Assembly: GCA_012862495.1 (NCBI GenBank)
Contig: BLSG01000391.1
Coordinates: 293,760-357,759 of the forward strand
Length of the DNA: 64,000 bases
Direction: 5' to 3'
Source of the DNA: Thraustochytrium aureum
Taxonomy: Eukaryota
Shown here piece after piece: positions 1 to 11,850 of this stretch; position 1 is the stretch's first letter; every line of letters starts with the position of its first letter. The notes under the pieces are model-generated. The model saw only the letters and a program-made list of their open reading frames with translations, had not been told where the DNA came from and made no database searches. A program made the translations under genes and the position numbers.

Positions 1-1187
1 GCTCGTGTTGAGCGAGAACCAGCCGCCAGAGGAGAGGTCCTCGGGGGGCGACTCGTAGTATGCCGCTGGGGCGTGCGGCGCATAGTAGGCAGGGACGGGC
101 TTGATGCCAAAGGTGGTGCGCGGCAGCTTGCCGATGATCGAAGGCAGCTTTGGTGCGATGATCCCCGCACGTTCTTGTAGTAGGTGAGCAGCTCTTCCTC
201 CGTAGCGCAAACGCACGTCTCGTCCAAGTGCGCCTGGTAGGCGCCCACCGAGTCGAAGCCCTCGCTGGTGGCGATCTCCTCCATGCTCTTCATGATGCGG
301 TCGACCTCGGCGAGGCCAATCTCGTGGATCTCCTCGGGGGTCCGCGTGGTCGTGGTCTGCTCGTGCACGTGGTACGCGTACAGCTCCTCGCCGCGTGCGC
401 ACCGCTTGGCCACGCAGAGCTCCTCACTGAGGTTGGGGATGTACTCGTCGTTGAGGAATGCGGCAAATTCCTTGAAGGCAGGAAGAACGGCCTCCTCAAC
501 AAGGGTCAGGCACTCGGCTCTGAGCTCGGGCGTGGCCCCAGACTTGGCGAACTTTTCATCGTTGCGCAGGGGTTCGTGGTACGCAGTGGTCTCCTCAGCG
601 ACCATGGCCTCGATCTGGGATGGGATGGACTCGACCGAGATGCGCGGGGGCGTGATGCGCTCCTCGAGGCCCGTCGTCAGCAGAGTTTGCTGCGCTTTGA
701 GGTAGCGCGGGATGTCTGCGAGGCGTTCGCGGTATTGCTCGAAGTCCTTAGGCGAGTCAAAGTGCACCTTGTCGATGAGCATGGGCAAGTTGATGAGGGC
801 GTTCTCCATGGTGTGGCAGCAGATCAGGTAGAGCTTGAGGTCAGCCATTCTAATGGAGTCCTCGAGCTTGTCCTTGACGATGCCGAGCGTGACGCGGTGG
901 TCCAAGGACCAGGTCTTGGCGCGGAGGTCCTTGTCCTTTTCAGGGAAGAGGGCGTTTACGCGGTCCAGGAACGCCTGGCATTCGGCCTTGTAGTCCTCTT
1001 CGCTTTCGACGGTCATCGCAGAGAGCTTGCCATTGTATTCGCTGTATCCCAGGAACGAGGCAGACTCGGGCGAATTCTTGAGAAACGCTTGCCAGATCTC
1101 GTCCATCAATGGCTCGAGCGCGGCGTAGTCGTTGGTCTTCGCCGGCGCCGACCGGCGGAGCATCTTGGACAGGGACTTGCGCACCAT
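1..1187 (-). CDS. DUF885-family putative metallopeptidase, paralogue 1 (3' end off window; frameshift near 168)
   Basis: Manual minus-strand translation from ATG 1187: MVRKSLSKMLRRSAPAK...EEIHEIGLAEVDRI...KLPRTTFGIKPVPAYYAPHAPAAYYESPPEDLSSGGWFSLNTS. Collinear with the DUF885 gene at 2251-4189 (EVHEIGLGEVERI, LPRTPFGIRPIPAY, PPEDLSQPGWFCLNTS). Absent from the ORF track. Start could lie further upstream. Confidence 0.85.
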   Translation of the reverse strand, partial: MVRKSLSKMLRRSAPAKTNDYAALEPLMDEIWQAFLKNSPESASFLGYSEYNGKLSAMTVESEEDYKAECQAFLDRVNALFPEKDKDLRAKTWSLDHRVTLGIVKDKLEDSIRMADLKLYLICCHTMENALINLPMLIDKVHFDSPKDFEQYRERLADIPRYLKAQQTLLTTGLEERITPPRISVESIPSQIEAMVAEETTAYHEPLRNDEKFAKSGATPELRAECLTLVEEAVLPAFKEFAAFLNDEYIPNLSEELCVAKRCARGEELYAYHVHEQTTTTRTPEEIHEIGLAEVDRIMKSMEEIATSEGFDSVGAYQAHLDETCVCATEEELLTYYKNVRGSSHQSCLRSSASCRAPPLASSPSLPTMRRTPQRHTTSRPPRTSPLAAGSRSTR

Positions 1188-2250
1188 CTTGTCGCTTTTC
1201 AGCGCTTGCTTGCGCGACGAAGCAGGCTTTTGGTCACTTCGGGTGGCCGAGGCTCGGGCTCGTTCAACTAACGCCTGCCGTTCTCGATCTGCTCACCGAG
1301 CAAGGAGGCGAGCTCATTCCAAGCGAGCAAGAACAAGCCGAGCCGAGCAGGCGGGCGAGCAACGGCCTCGCGGCACAACGAGGGTGCCTCTGCCAACCGC
1401 GGCTCAAAATGTGCAGACCCACAGACCACACGAGGCACAAAACCAGCGATCCCAATGCGACGCGACGGCGGTCAGTCGGTCCTCTGACAGCTCAGCTCCC
1501 TGTCTGCTCTCTCGGGGTGTGCACTTGTGCTCGTTGTGCCGTTTTTGTGGTTTTCGGTTTTTGTGTTGTGCCCGACATCCTCCTTGCCGACACTACACGC
1601 GCGAACTCGAGGCTTGCTTCTTGAAAGTTGCGCTCGTTGCGCTTGTTGCTTGCACGTGCAGCCAGCGCCGAGGGACTCGCGACTTTGTGGCGCCAGGCGC
1701 TTGCTGGCCTTGCTCTGTTCCGCTGTTGTCTGCATTGGCACAGGAGCAGCTCGTTGCGTTGTACCCAGCCGCAGGCATTGTGCCGGGCAGGTTCAGGTTG
1801 GCGCGTTGCCAGTGCAAGAAGGCTCGCAGCGCGCCTGCTTCAAGCTGGACCTGCTGCCTGAGTACCTACTCTGCCTGCCTTCTCTTCCTGCTCTCGCAGC
1901 CGAGAGCCGAGGCTCGACCGTGCGTTGATACAAACAATTACTCCACTGCCAGACTGCCAGGGCGGTGCGCTCTACTCGCTCGACGTTGAGTCTGCTTCCG
2001 TTGTTGTGCTCGAGCGACCGGGCAGCCGCGAGGCACAACAGCAATACTCAGGTACGCCAGGCCGCCAGCAGGCCTGCGGGAAAAAGCCCCAGCAGTCTCG
2101 AACAGGACGCAGGCAGACGCAAGCGGTCCACACGGCCAGGCAGCTCGCAACGAAGCAAGCAAGCAAGCAAGCACGCGAAGGTCGCCCCCCACGTGCTCGT
2201 CGTCCAAGCGCCGACTCGGCTCGAGCAGAGCCCAGGTACTGCAGGAGAAC

Positions 2251-4189
2251 ATGTTTGCCTGCTTCAGCAACAAGAAGCGCGCGCAGCAGCAGACGACCGC
2301 CGCGCGGCTCGAGGCTGCGCGCAAACGCGAGGCCGAGTCGCGACGCAAACTCCGCGAGGCCGGAAAGGACGAGCAAGTCCAGGGCGGGCCTGCCGAGGAG
2401 GCGCCCGAGCAGCAGCAAGCGCTCGGGCAAGTTGCTGTCGAGTCGAAGCGCGAGTCGAAGCGCGGGTCGAAGCAGGTGGCCAAGGCGGCGCGGGCGAGCT
2501 ACGATGACTTTGTCAAGTTGCTCGACGAGTACTGGGCGGAGGCTTTGGCGATGTCGCCGATGGGCGCCACGCAGATGGGCTTCCACGAGTACGACGACCG
2601 GCTGGACCAAGGTCACCGTCGAGCACATGACCGCCTGGAAAGAGAGCTGCGAAGAGTACCTGGACAGGCTGGAGAGCATGTTTCCGGCCTCCGACGCGGG
2701 GCGGTTCGAGGGCTGGGACCTCAACGGCAAGACCACCCTGCTCGTTCTCCAAGACTCGCTGCGCAGCGACATCCGCATGACCGAGCTGGAGAACTACTTG
2801 ATCCAGATGTGCACGCTCTCGGCGCCGCACCTGGACCTCCCGCCGTGCCTGGAAAAGAACAAGTTTGACAGCGAGGCGGACGTGCTCAAGTTCAAGAAGC
2901 GGCTCGAGGACATTCCGCGCTACGTGCGCAACCACTGCAGCATGCTGGAGCTGGGTCTGGAGAAGAACATCACGCAGAGCCGTGTCGTGCTGGAAAACGT
3001 CCCGGGCCAAGTGGACGCCATGTTGGCAGCCGAAACCGACCCGTTCAGCGCCCTCGTGGAGGAGAACTGGGCCAAAGCGAAAGCGTCGGACGCCCTTCGT
3101 AGCGAGGTGGAGGCTGTGATCTCGGACAAGGTGCTCCCCGCGCTCAAGGAGTACGCCGACTTTCTGCGCGAATTCTGCCCCAAGCTGAGCGAGGAGCCTG
3201 CGATGCCCAAGCGCATGGCCAACGGCGAGGAGCTGTACAGCTTCCTGCTCGAGTACCACACCACGACCAAGCTGTCGCCCAAGGAGGTGCACGAGATTGG
3301 GCTTGGCGAGGTGGAGCGCATCACGCGCACGATGCGCGAGATTGCCGAGTCGGAGGGCTTTACCGGCGAGAACGCGGTGGACGAGTACCAGGCCATGATC
3401 GACGAAAAGTGCGTCGCGGCCACTGAGGAGGATCTCTTGGCGCACTACCGCGCAGTGGCGATGGACATCAGCCCGCGGCTGCCAGAGCTGTTTGGGCTCC
3501 TGCCGCGCACACCGTTCGGGATCCGGCCGATCCCCGCGTACGCGGCCGAGCACGCCCCGGGGGCCTACTACCTGCCGCCGCCGGAGGACCTGAGCCAGCC
3601 GGGTTGGTTTTGCCTCAACACGAGCTTCCTGCCGTCGCGAAAGACGTACGTTGCGGAGGCACTGGTGGCGCACGAGGCGATCCCAGGCCACCACATGCAG
3701 ATCGCACTGGCGACGGAGAACGACAAGCTGCACACGTTTCGCAAGTTTACGTACCAGACCGCCTACGTTGAGGGCTGGGGCCTCTACTCGGAGTGCCTCG
3801 GGTTCGAGCTGGGCCTCTACAAGACGAACGAGTCGCACTACGGGCGTCTCCAGGCCGAGATCCTGCGCGCCGCGCGCCTCGTCGTCGACACGGGGATGAA
3901 CTACTTTGGCTGGACCAAGCAAAAGGCCATGGACTACATGCTCGAGCACAAGGCCGGCACCTTTGAGGACTGCGACAGCGAGAGCACGAGGTATCTGGGC
4001 CTGCCGGGCCAGGCTTGCGCGTACAAGATTGGCGAGATCAAGATCCGCGAGCTGCGCGCACGCGCAGAGAAGGACTTGGGCGCCAAGTTTAAGATCCGCG
4101 ACTTTCACGACCTGCTAATTGCCGTCGGGTCGGTGCCGCTCACGGTCTTGGAGGAGATCGTGGTTGACTGGATCGCGGAGCAGCTCTGA
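2251..4189 (+). CDS. DUF885-family putative zinc metallopeptidase, paralogue 2 (frameshift near 2605)
   Basis: Joins ORF 2251 (MFACFSNKK...MGFHEYDDRL) to ORF 1925-4189. Family motifs HEAIPGHH, YVEGWGLYSE, RAARLVVDTG, PGQACAYKIG, FHD..L..GSVPL. Confidence 0.9.
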
Positions 4190-4556
4190 AGCGGCCTTCG
4201 CCAACGTAAAGCTACTAGTTTTCCTGTTCGAATCGTCCCTTTGTGGTCCGCGCAGCGTCGGCGTTCAACGTTCTTGAAAAGAGCGAAGCGGGGACGACTC
4301 GACGCCGCTCTTGCAAGCAGCCGGAGCCGGGCGAGGAGCGGATTCCTGGACGAGCGCTTGGCACAACCAGCCGCCGCGACCGCGACCGCGACGCGAGAGT
4401 TTACGTGTAAGAAAAGAAAAAAGGTGTTTCGTTTGTATTTTCAGCGCCTCGCGGACGCCTCCCAACAGAGGAATTGATGACAGAGGGTGGTTTTGAAGTG
4501 ACCTGAAGTAGTGTTCGAGCCGCACGAGGCGCGGCATGCGCCGGCGCGCCGGGCAT

Positions 4557-5758
4557 CTAGTACTCGACAAGGTTGCCAAAGATGAGGTCCTGCTTGTCCT
4601 GGTTCTTGGCCTGGAGGATGCGCGTGACCGGGATGTGCTTGTTGAGCTTCTTGTCCGCGATGTACTGGTCGGCGATGGCCATGGCCTTCGACTTCTCCTG
4701 CTTGGAGGCGCCGCGGCCGACCCAGACAAAGATGCCGATGTTGGCGTGGACGAGGAAGACGTCGCTCTCGTCGAGCATGGCCCACTTGACCTTGCCGGTG
4801 TGCTCGTGGGTCATCTGGATCGAGCCAGTCTCGTCCGAGATGCGGAACAGCTGGATGGTGTCCGGGTCGAGGTTCTCGTCCTTGCCGGCCTTGTTCTCGT
4901 CGAGGAGGAAGGGGTCGTCGGCGGGGCGCACGTCCGAAAGGCTGCCGCCGAGGATCTTCCAGAACTCGTCGTCGGCCACGTTGACCTTGGCGGCCTTGCC
5001 CTGGCGCGAGCTGACGGTGTTGCTCTGGAGGTTGGCCGCCTTGGACTTCTCAAAGGCGGACGACTCGGCGCCGCACCAGAGGTAGACCTTGAGGCCGGCG
5101 TCGAGGACGAACGAGTCGCCGTGGTTGAGGTTGTTGGCAGCAACGGGGATCTCGTAGGCCTTGGTGGTGCGCTTGGTGCGGCGCACCATGAGCAGGCGGG
5201 GCACGTACTCCTCGGGCTTGACCTTGCGGAAGCCGCTGGGGTGGCCGCCGTCCATGTAGATCATCTCCTTGAAGTAGCTCTGGAAGAGGCGGCTCTCGGA
5301 GCCCTGGAGCTCGCGGTGCTGGATGGGCCCGTCGTCGAGAGGTCGTCGAGCTCGACGGTCTTGTAGGCGGCGACACCGATCTCGTCCTGGGACGAGTCGT
5401 TGCCCAGCCAGAAGTGCACGTCCCAGGCGAGCTTGTCGGTGACCTTGCCGTTCTCGTCCTTGACCTTGTAGGTGTTGAGGACGATGTACGAGTCGCCGGA
5501 GAAGAAGCTGCCGTAGTCCTCCTTCTTGATGCGGGCGACGCCAAAGTCAGGGGTGTCGTTGGCGGTGCGCTTGTTCTCGACGCGCCAGACCTCGAGGCCG
5601 ACCTTCTGGCCGGCGCCCTTGAAGGCCTTGTCGCTCGCGGCGGCGGCCTTGCGCAGGTCGCGGTTCTCCTTGCTGCCGATGCCGGCGATGTTGGAGTCCT
5701 CGAGCGAGGCCTGGCCGACGTCGCCGTTCTCGTCGCGGCCGAACTCGTCGACGCTCAT
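4557..5758 (-). CDS. Severin/fragmin/gelsolin-like actin-severing protein, three gelsolin domains (frameshift near 5338)
   Basis: GLEVWRVE, FFSGDSYIVL, VHFWLG.SSQDE.G.AAYKTVELDD, GGHPSGF, LNHGDSFVLDAG, LDESDVFLV, IFVWVGRGAS. ATG at 5758. Confidence 0.92.
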
Positions 5759-5989
5759 CTTCCTAGCGGGCGAGACTCTGTTCGCTTCTCTCCGACAGCA
5801 AATGACTACTTGCGATTCGGCTGCTGTGGTGCTGGTGCTGGCTGCTCGGCGGTGAATGGGGTCTGCTTTGCACGACTGACTTGACCGAGTCTGTCTTCCG
5901 CATTCGCATTCTCCCACATCCACTTCGGCCACCTTGACGTCTATCCACTACGCCAACCTGTGCTATCTATCTATCCGTCCTCCATTGCA

Positions 5990-6086
5990 CAACACCAAAA
6001 AAAACAAAGAAAACAAACGAAAAAAAAAAAACCAAAGAAAAAAAACCAAAGAAAGAAAAGACAAGCAAAGCAAAAAGGGAAGAAAA
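5990..6086. repeat. A-rich low-complexity tract
   Basis: Runs of A interrupted by C/G upstream of the gelsolin-like gene. Confidence 0.8.
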
Positions 6087-6663
6087 CACACCTCGCACGA
6101 GTTCAAGCGGCATGCTGGCACAAGACCCCGCGCACAGGCACACATTCGCAAGGCAGCGAAACTCTGCGCGACGCGCTGCGTTTGGTAGGCGCGGCCCAAA
6201 AGAGCGCACCCCCGTGCTTCTGGCTCCCGTAGCCAAAACGCCCACCTTGGCAAGGTGAGCCTGAGAGGAGGAGGAGGGGAGCGGGGGCGATGTGAGCCGA
6301 TGTGAGCGTGTTCGTCGACAGTGGGCTGTGAGGCGGGCTGCTCGTTTCGGCGCAGCAGCGTCCAACGCCTCAGCCAAAACCAAAAGGTCCAAAGCCAAAA
6401 CCCCCATGGGGAAACCAAGCCGAAAGAACAGCTGCCAGCACAGCGTGAGGCGGAGAAAACGACGGGAGGAAGGAAGGAAGGAAAAGGGCGCCACCACGGA
6501 GAGCGGGGGAGGTGTCCAAGGCCGCTGGCACAGTGCGGATCCAGGCGGCTTTTGCTGGTTGCTTGTTGGTCTGCTTGCGTGGGAGGCGCATGCGGCAGGG
6601 AGCGGGATGGAGTCAAGTGGCCAACAAGTTCGTGGCCTTTTCGTTCGCCCTCCTGCGCTGCAA

Positions 6664-6695
6664 GCGTGCATTCCGCGTGCATTCCGCGTGCATTC
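6664..6695. repeat. 11-bp tandem repeat (GCGTGCATTCC) x~3
   Basis: Directly visible. Confidence 0.8.
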
Positions 6696-7951
6696 TTCCC
6701 TCCTCTGGTCCATGTATGTACGTTCGCGTGCACCTCCGCCCAACTTGATTGCCTCCCTCAAATGCAGCGCGAGTCCGCCTTTTTTTAATGTTACTTTTGA
6801 AATGAAAGGGACGTAAAGAGCCATCCGGCGGCCAGGCTGTGAGGCGGAGCCGTGAGATTCGTTCACTCTTTGCAAACGTTCGCTCCGTTTGCGCTCTCCC
6901 TCCCAACCGCAAATGCACTCCCTCTCTCTCCCGCTCGCGCTCCAATCACTGCACTGCTGCGTGGCGTGCGCTCAGAACGACCGCCTCGCCCTCTTTCCCG
7001 TTCAAGAGTGCGCGCAATGCAACCCCAGCATCCAAGCAGAGGCAGGCAGGCAGGCCTCCATGCAGGACAACCAAACATAGTTCCAGCATCTGGCTACTCG
7101 TCGCCGTGCGGCGCGCGCACTCTGGCTTTCCTCCGCCCTCCTTCGCTCCTCTCTCCCTCCTTCGCTGCCTCCCTCTTCCTCCCCTTCCTCCCCTCCCGCC
7201 GTGCGGGGGAATGCGGCGCGCCAAGGCGACGGACGACGTGCACGCTGCCCGCGCTGGGCCCGCCGCCGGGGCTCTCGGCGCAGCGAGCACAGCGGCACCG
7301 AGCAAGAGTTGGCCCGTCGCGCGGCAGCGCGGCCCCTGTTGGCGCAGCCCAACTGGCGCGGGCAGCAGCCGTTCGTATCTTTTTTTGGCGACCTACCTGC
7401 TACTACCTACCTTCCTGCATACCTGCCAGCCTGAAGGCCACGCCGGCCTGCCTGCGTGCCGGCTCGGTCGGCCCTGGACAGGCTCGCGCTGGCGGCGGTG
7501 CCAACGACTCTGACGTTGTTTTGTTTTGTTTGTTTTGTGGCAGTGTCCCGGCCCGCTTATGCAGCCAGCCGCATGCGGTCGCCAGCGGCGCCGAAGAAGA
7601 GCCGTCGCGTGTCCAGAGCCGCAGGAAAGGCGAGCTGGACACTGCGCCCTCTCTCCTCACGAGCACGACTCCGAGTCAGAGGGCTGCCTGCGCTCATGAG
7701 AGGCGCGCGTGTACTAACTCGAGTAGAGTAGGTGAGTACTCTCCCCCGCTCCAGAACTCCGCGTGCTCGTGGTGCGCCTCGCTCGCGTGCTCTCGGCGCC
7801 GAAGAGGGACGCAGGGCGCGTGGCCGCCGCTGCACACCTGGACGCCACGTGACACAACCAAACACAACGAACACAACACGTTGACACACCACCAGAACAG
7901 ACGCTTCTGCCTGAAGATCAGGACAGCGCAGACGTGCTCGTCGCGGCCTGG

Positions 7952-10110
7952 CTACCAGTCGAGCTTGAGCGTGACAGTTGTCGACCGCGCGAAGCTCTTG
8001 GACTCGGCGGCCGAGCGCGCCTCCTCGCCGTCCGCGGGCCGGCTGCGCACGAACTTGGACGTCGAGAGACCGCGCAGGCCAGCGACGTACCTGTGCGTCC
8101 GCGGCGGGTTGGTCGCCTTGCTGATGCCCGTCTGCGTGCCCGACTGCCTCGCCAAGTAGACTTGCGACTCCGACTCGCGCCGAAAGTGCGACTTGACGGT
8201 CTGCGTCGAGCTTGTTCGCGCGTTGCGGAGGTTGACCAGCTGCAGCGCGCGCCGACGCAGCGCCCACTCGTTCCACTCGTAGGACGGGTCAATGTGCCTC
8301 TCCACAAAGTGCGTCGGCGTCTCCGTTGCCCTGTCCACCATCTGCGGCTTGCCCCTGTGCGCGGCAGCCGCGGCGCTCGAGCCCCCTCCGCGCGAAGTGC
8401 GCAGGAAGCTGTGCAACGCCGCTTGCGGGAAGTGCTTGTCCAGCGACATGAGGTGGATCAGCTCCGGGTAGGCGCGCGCCGTCTCCAGCAAGGCCGCCAC
8501 AACGCCCGCCGGGTCGCGCATAAACTCTGCCAGCGCCTTTCCAGTGTGAAACACGCTACATGCGCCCCTAAACCTGACGACGCCGAGCGCGGGGTCGCCC
8601 GGGAGGAGGAGCCCGTTGCGCCGCGCCGCGGTCCACGGGCAAAAACCTTGGTACTCGAGCGCGAGGTTCATAAAGTCTGGCGTGCTCTCGGGCGTCAGCA
8701 GCACGGCCTCCTCGTCCGACCCACCCCCGTCCAGCGCCGCTGCGCTAGCAACCGCCCCGTCGCCCGCCTTGCCCTCGGGCTCGCTGGCCTCGCGCCAGCT
8801 CGACTTTGCCTCTGCCTCGCGCAGCGGCTCTTCGGCCTTTCCTTCGTGTGTGCCGCCGCGCGGCCTGCAGCCGCCGCGCGGGTTTCCTCGTCCGCGAGAG
8901 CGCGCGCGAGCCACGCCTGGTCCAAGGTCAGCGCGCACGAGTCGCGAAACTTGAGCAGCGAGGCAGAGACGACGTGCCGCGAGTCGATAAGGTCGAGCTC
9001 CTGCTCCATCGCGGCCCAGATCTCTGCGCAGACGTCAAACTTGNNNNNNNNNNNNNNNNNNNNNNNNNNNNNNNNNNNNNNNNNNNNNNNNNNNNNNNNN
9101 NNNNNNNNNNNNNNNNNNNNNNNNNNNNNNNNNNNNNNNNNNNNNNNNNNNNNNNNNNNNNNNNNNNNNNNNNNNNNNNNNNNNNNNNNNNNNNNNNNNN
9201 CCAGGTCTTGCAGCACGGTCAGGACGTCGTCGAGCTGGTCCTCCATCTTGTCGAGCGCCTCGATGGTGTGCCGCGCGTCCTCCTCCAGGCTGCTCAAAAA
9301 CGCGACGTACTGCCGCCGGTTGCTCAGCTCGTGCTGCCAGCGCTCCACTACGCTATCGTCTGGAGCCTTCTCCGAGTCCCCACGGGCGCGGTGCACAAAC
9401 ACAAGCGTGCTCGAGTACTCGGCGCAGGCCGCTGCAGCGAGCTGCCGCTCTTCGTGCAGCGCTCGGAGAAGCTTTTCCGCGCTGAGTCGCGCCGCGCCCG
9501 GCGCGTCCACAATGCCAGCGCCGCCCTTGCCGACGCGCCGGTTGAAAAGCCGGATGCCGTGGACGATGTTTGCCAGCTCGCTCAACTGCAGCTTCTTGTC
9601 CTCCGCCTCCATCGACATAAAGGCCTTGAGACCGATCTTGGGGAACACGCTCTCCAGGGCGGCGGCAACCTCCCGCTCCACGCCGGCGTCCTTGTTGATG
9701 TCGGCGCCGGCGCAGCAGAGCAGGTAGTTGAACACCTGCCTGTACACTGCGTTGATGGCTTCGAATTCGCTCCCCTGCGACATGTCCATGCCCACGATCG
9801 TCGCCCGCAGGGCGTTAAGCCGCGTTTTCTTCGCCTTTTGGCTGGACTCGAGCGCCAGCTCAGTCTCCAGAAACACAGAGTCAAACTCGACCTGCATGCG
9901 CAGCGTTTCCATCTGGGGCGAGTCGGAGAGCTCGAGCTTCTCCACGGTGAGCTCGACCAGCTCAGCCACGGCGTCCTCCGTCATCGGCTTGTCGAGCTGA
10001 AACCGCACGGGGTTCTCCAGCACCACCGTCTTGGCCACGAAGGCGGCCAGCGCCTCGCTCGCAGGGCATCTTTCGCGGATGCGCTGCACGACCGCCTTGA
10101 TGTCCTCCAT
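7952..10110 (-). CDS. CFAP206: Cilia- and flagella-associated protein 206 (N gap, frameshift near 8880)
   Basis: N-term SEALAAFVAKTVV...SPQMETLRMQV, EVAAALESVFP, QLSELANIVHGIRLFN; C-term LEYQGFCPW...GLLLPG, PELIHL, YEWNEWALRRRALQL, SHFRRESESQVYL. Confidence 0.9.
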
Positions 10111-10746
10111 CGCGCCTGCTCGCCTGTTTGCTTTCCGCGACGCTTGCTGGCCTCCGTGTGGTTTTCGGTGTTCGAGAGCGCTTGCGACAAGCGGGGTGGC
10201 CGGTCGGCGACCGCGTCCGGCTCGCGTCCCCTCCGCGGCTTTCGCGACGTTTCGGTCTGTATTCCTGCCACGCCCCCACGCGCGCGATCGCCTCGTGCTC
10301 AGCTGGGCAACTCGGCCGCCAGCACTGGCATCGACCGAGTCAAACCCCAACGCGCCCAACGGATCTGTTTTCCAACAAACGAGACAACACGAACGAACAA
10401 ATCCTCCGGTTCGCCAGGCGCACCGCTTCTCGAGATGGTTGACGCGGTTGTCGCGTCCCGTGGGCGGATCGACGGGCGTTGGTCGCAGCGGTCGAGTTTG
10501 GAGCCCAGCGGGCCAAGCCCAGGTGCAGGCCACCACCGCTGCGCGTGGTTTGAGTGGGGCTGCATCCAGACTATCCAGCAGCCCGCTGCCATGGCGCGCA
10601 AGTCTCTTTAGAGATGCCCGGCTGATTCGCACGCGTTTCATTCACCCTTGCGGCTGCGCGCGCCTGCCATCCTCCGCGGTCAATGAGCGCTCGCAACGCG
10701 ACAAAACCCGAGCACGTTGCCATCTCCATCACGACCATTTTGAAAA

Positions 10747-11570
10747 TGTTCGCCAGCACTTGCCGTCTCCAAGCGGGTGAAAGTCTCTCTAGAGCTAGCT
10801 ACTAGAGCGTTTCGCAGCTTTCTTGGTCGCAGCAGCATTCTTGGTCGCAGCAGCATTCTTGGTCGCAGGACACTCCTGTATGGCACCACTCCGTGGACAA
10901 AACCGCAAGGCGTGCGTGGAGCTGATGTAGAGAAAACCAAGGTGCTGCTTCGCTACATCTTCGTCAAGCAGCTTCCGCTGCTGCTGCACGAATTACATGA
11001 TCGCAACCAGGTGCGACTCTCGTTTCTGCATCTGCCACGCACGACCGAGGAAAATGCGGTACGGGCCTTTGCACAGCACAACGTTGGGTCGCACTCCGTC
11101 GCCGAGTTCCAGGTTAGCGAGACGCGCAAGATTGTGCGCAAGGACGGGACTGTGGTCGCGAGCGTTGTGGTCGAGTTTCTCGAGCAGAGTCAGGCGCGCG
11201 CCGCGTTCAATTCGCCGTGTGCGGCGCAGCGCAGGTGCGGCGGATTCGCCACGTCTCGCCCGTGCTAATGCGGCCGGGTACCTGGACAAGGCGGGCACGC
11301 AGCGCAAGATTGCTGCGCTCGGCGAGGATCCCTGCGAGGTGGCCAGGTTCTTGCCGATGCGGCTCAACTAACGCAAGACGCTCAGCGTGGGGGCTGACGT
11401 GTTGGCCCTGGCCGCGCCGACATGCTCAGCGCCAGGCGCCAACCCCCCCGAGTGTTTGGTGGAAGTGATAGACGCTGTTTACGATCAGCCCCGGCTGGCC
11501 AGGCTGGCGAGGAAAACGAGGTTTCGCTTTCGCTTTCTGATGGCACGGACCACTTGGTCGCCTGTTTAGG
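10747..11570 (+). CDS. Hypothetical protein, possibly mitochondrial; frameshifted, boundaries uncertain
   Basis: Coding-like stretches in successive frames (RAFRSFLGRSSILG..., VRLSFLHLPR...VVVEFLE, YLDKAGTQRKIAALGEDP, ECLVEVIDAVYDQP). Arg/Ser-rich N-terminus containing an 18-bp tandem repeat at about 10821-10869. Confidence 0.35.
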
Positions 11571-11850
11571 CGACGCGGCAGAACGTGGCGCGCGACGTAG
11601 ATGAGCGGTTTGAGCGCGTACTGTGACTCGCAATTTCGGCCGCGCAAGGCGATGACGACGACGGGCCGAGCCGGCTGGCGCGCGGACAGAGCAAGGAGCA
11701 GTCACGAGAGAGGAACGCTTATTGCTGGGGTTTGATCTAGCGCAAGCTGTGCTTCGAGGGCTGGCCGCGCCAACCGCAGCCAAGGCGCTCCGAATTCGGG
11801 ATGGTCGGTGCCCAACTTGCTCACACATGCGCCACGATGCCGCTCCGGCG

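Noticed and set aside
228..4108. Long antisense ORFs (228-1271, 2513-4108; similarly 25328-26719, 50890-52173)
   Set aside because: Shadow ORFs caused by high GC3 codon bias opposite real genes.
6240..7900. Multiple overlapping ORFs between gelsolin and CFAP206
   Set aside because: Low-complexity Arg/Ala/Pro translations with no recognisable motifs; probably promoter or UTR sequence.
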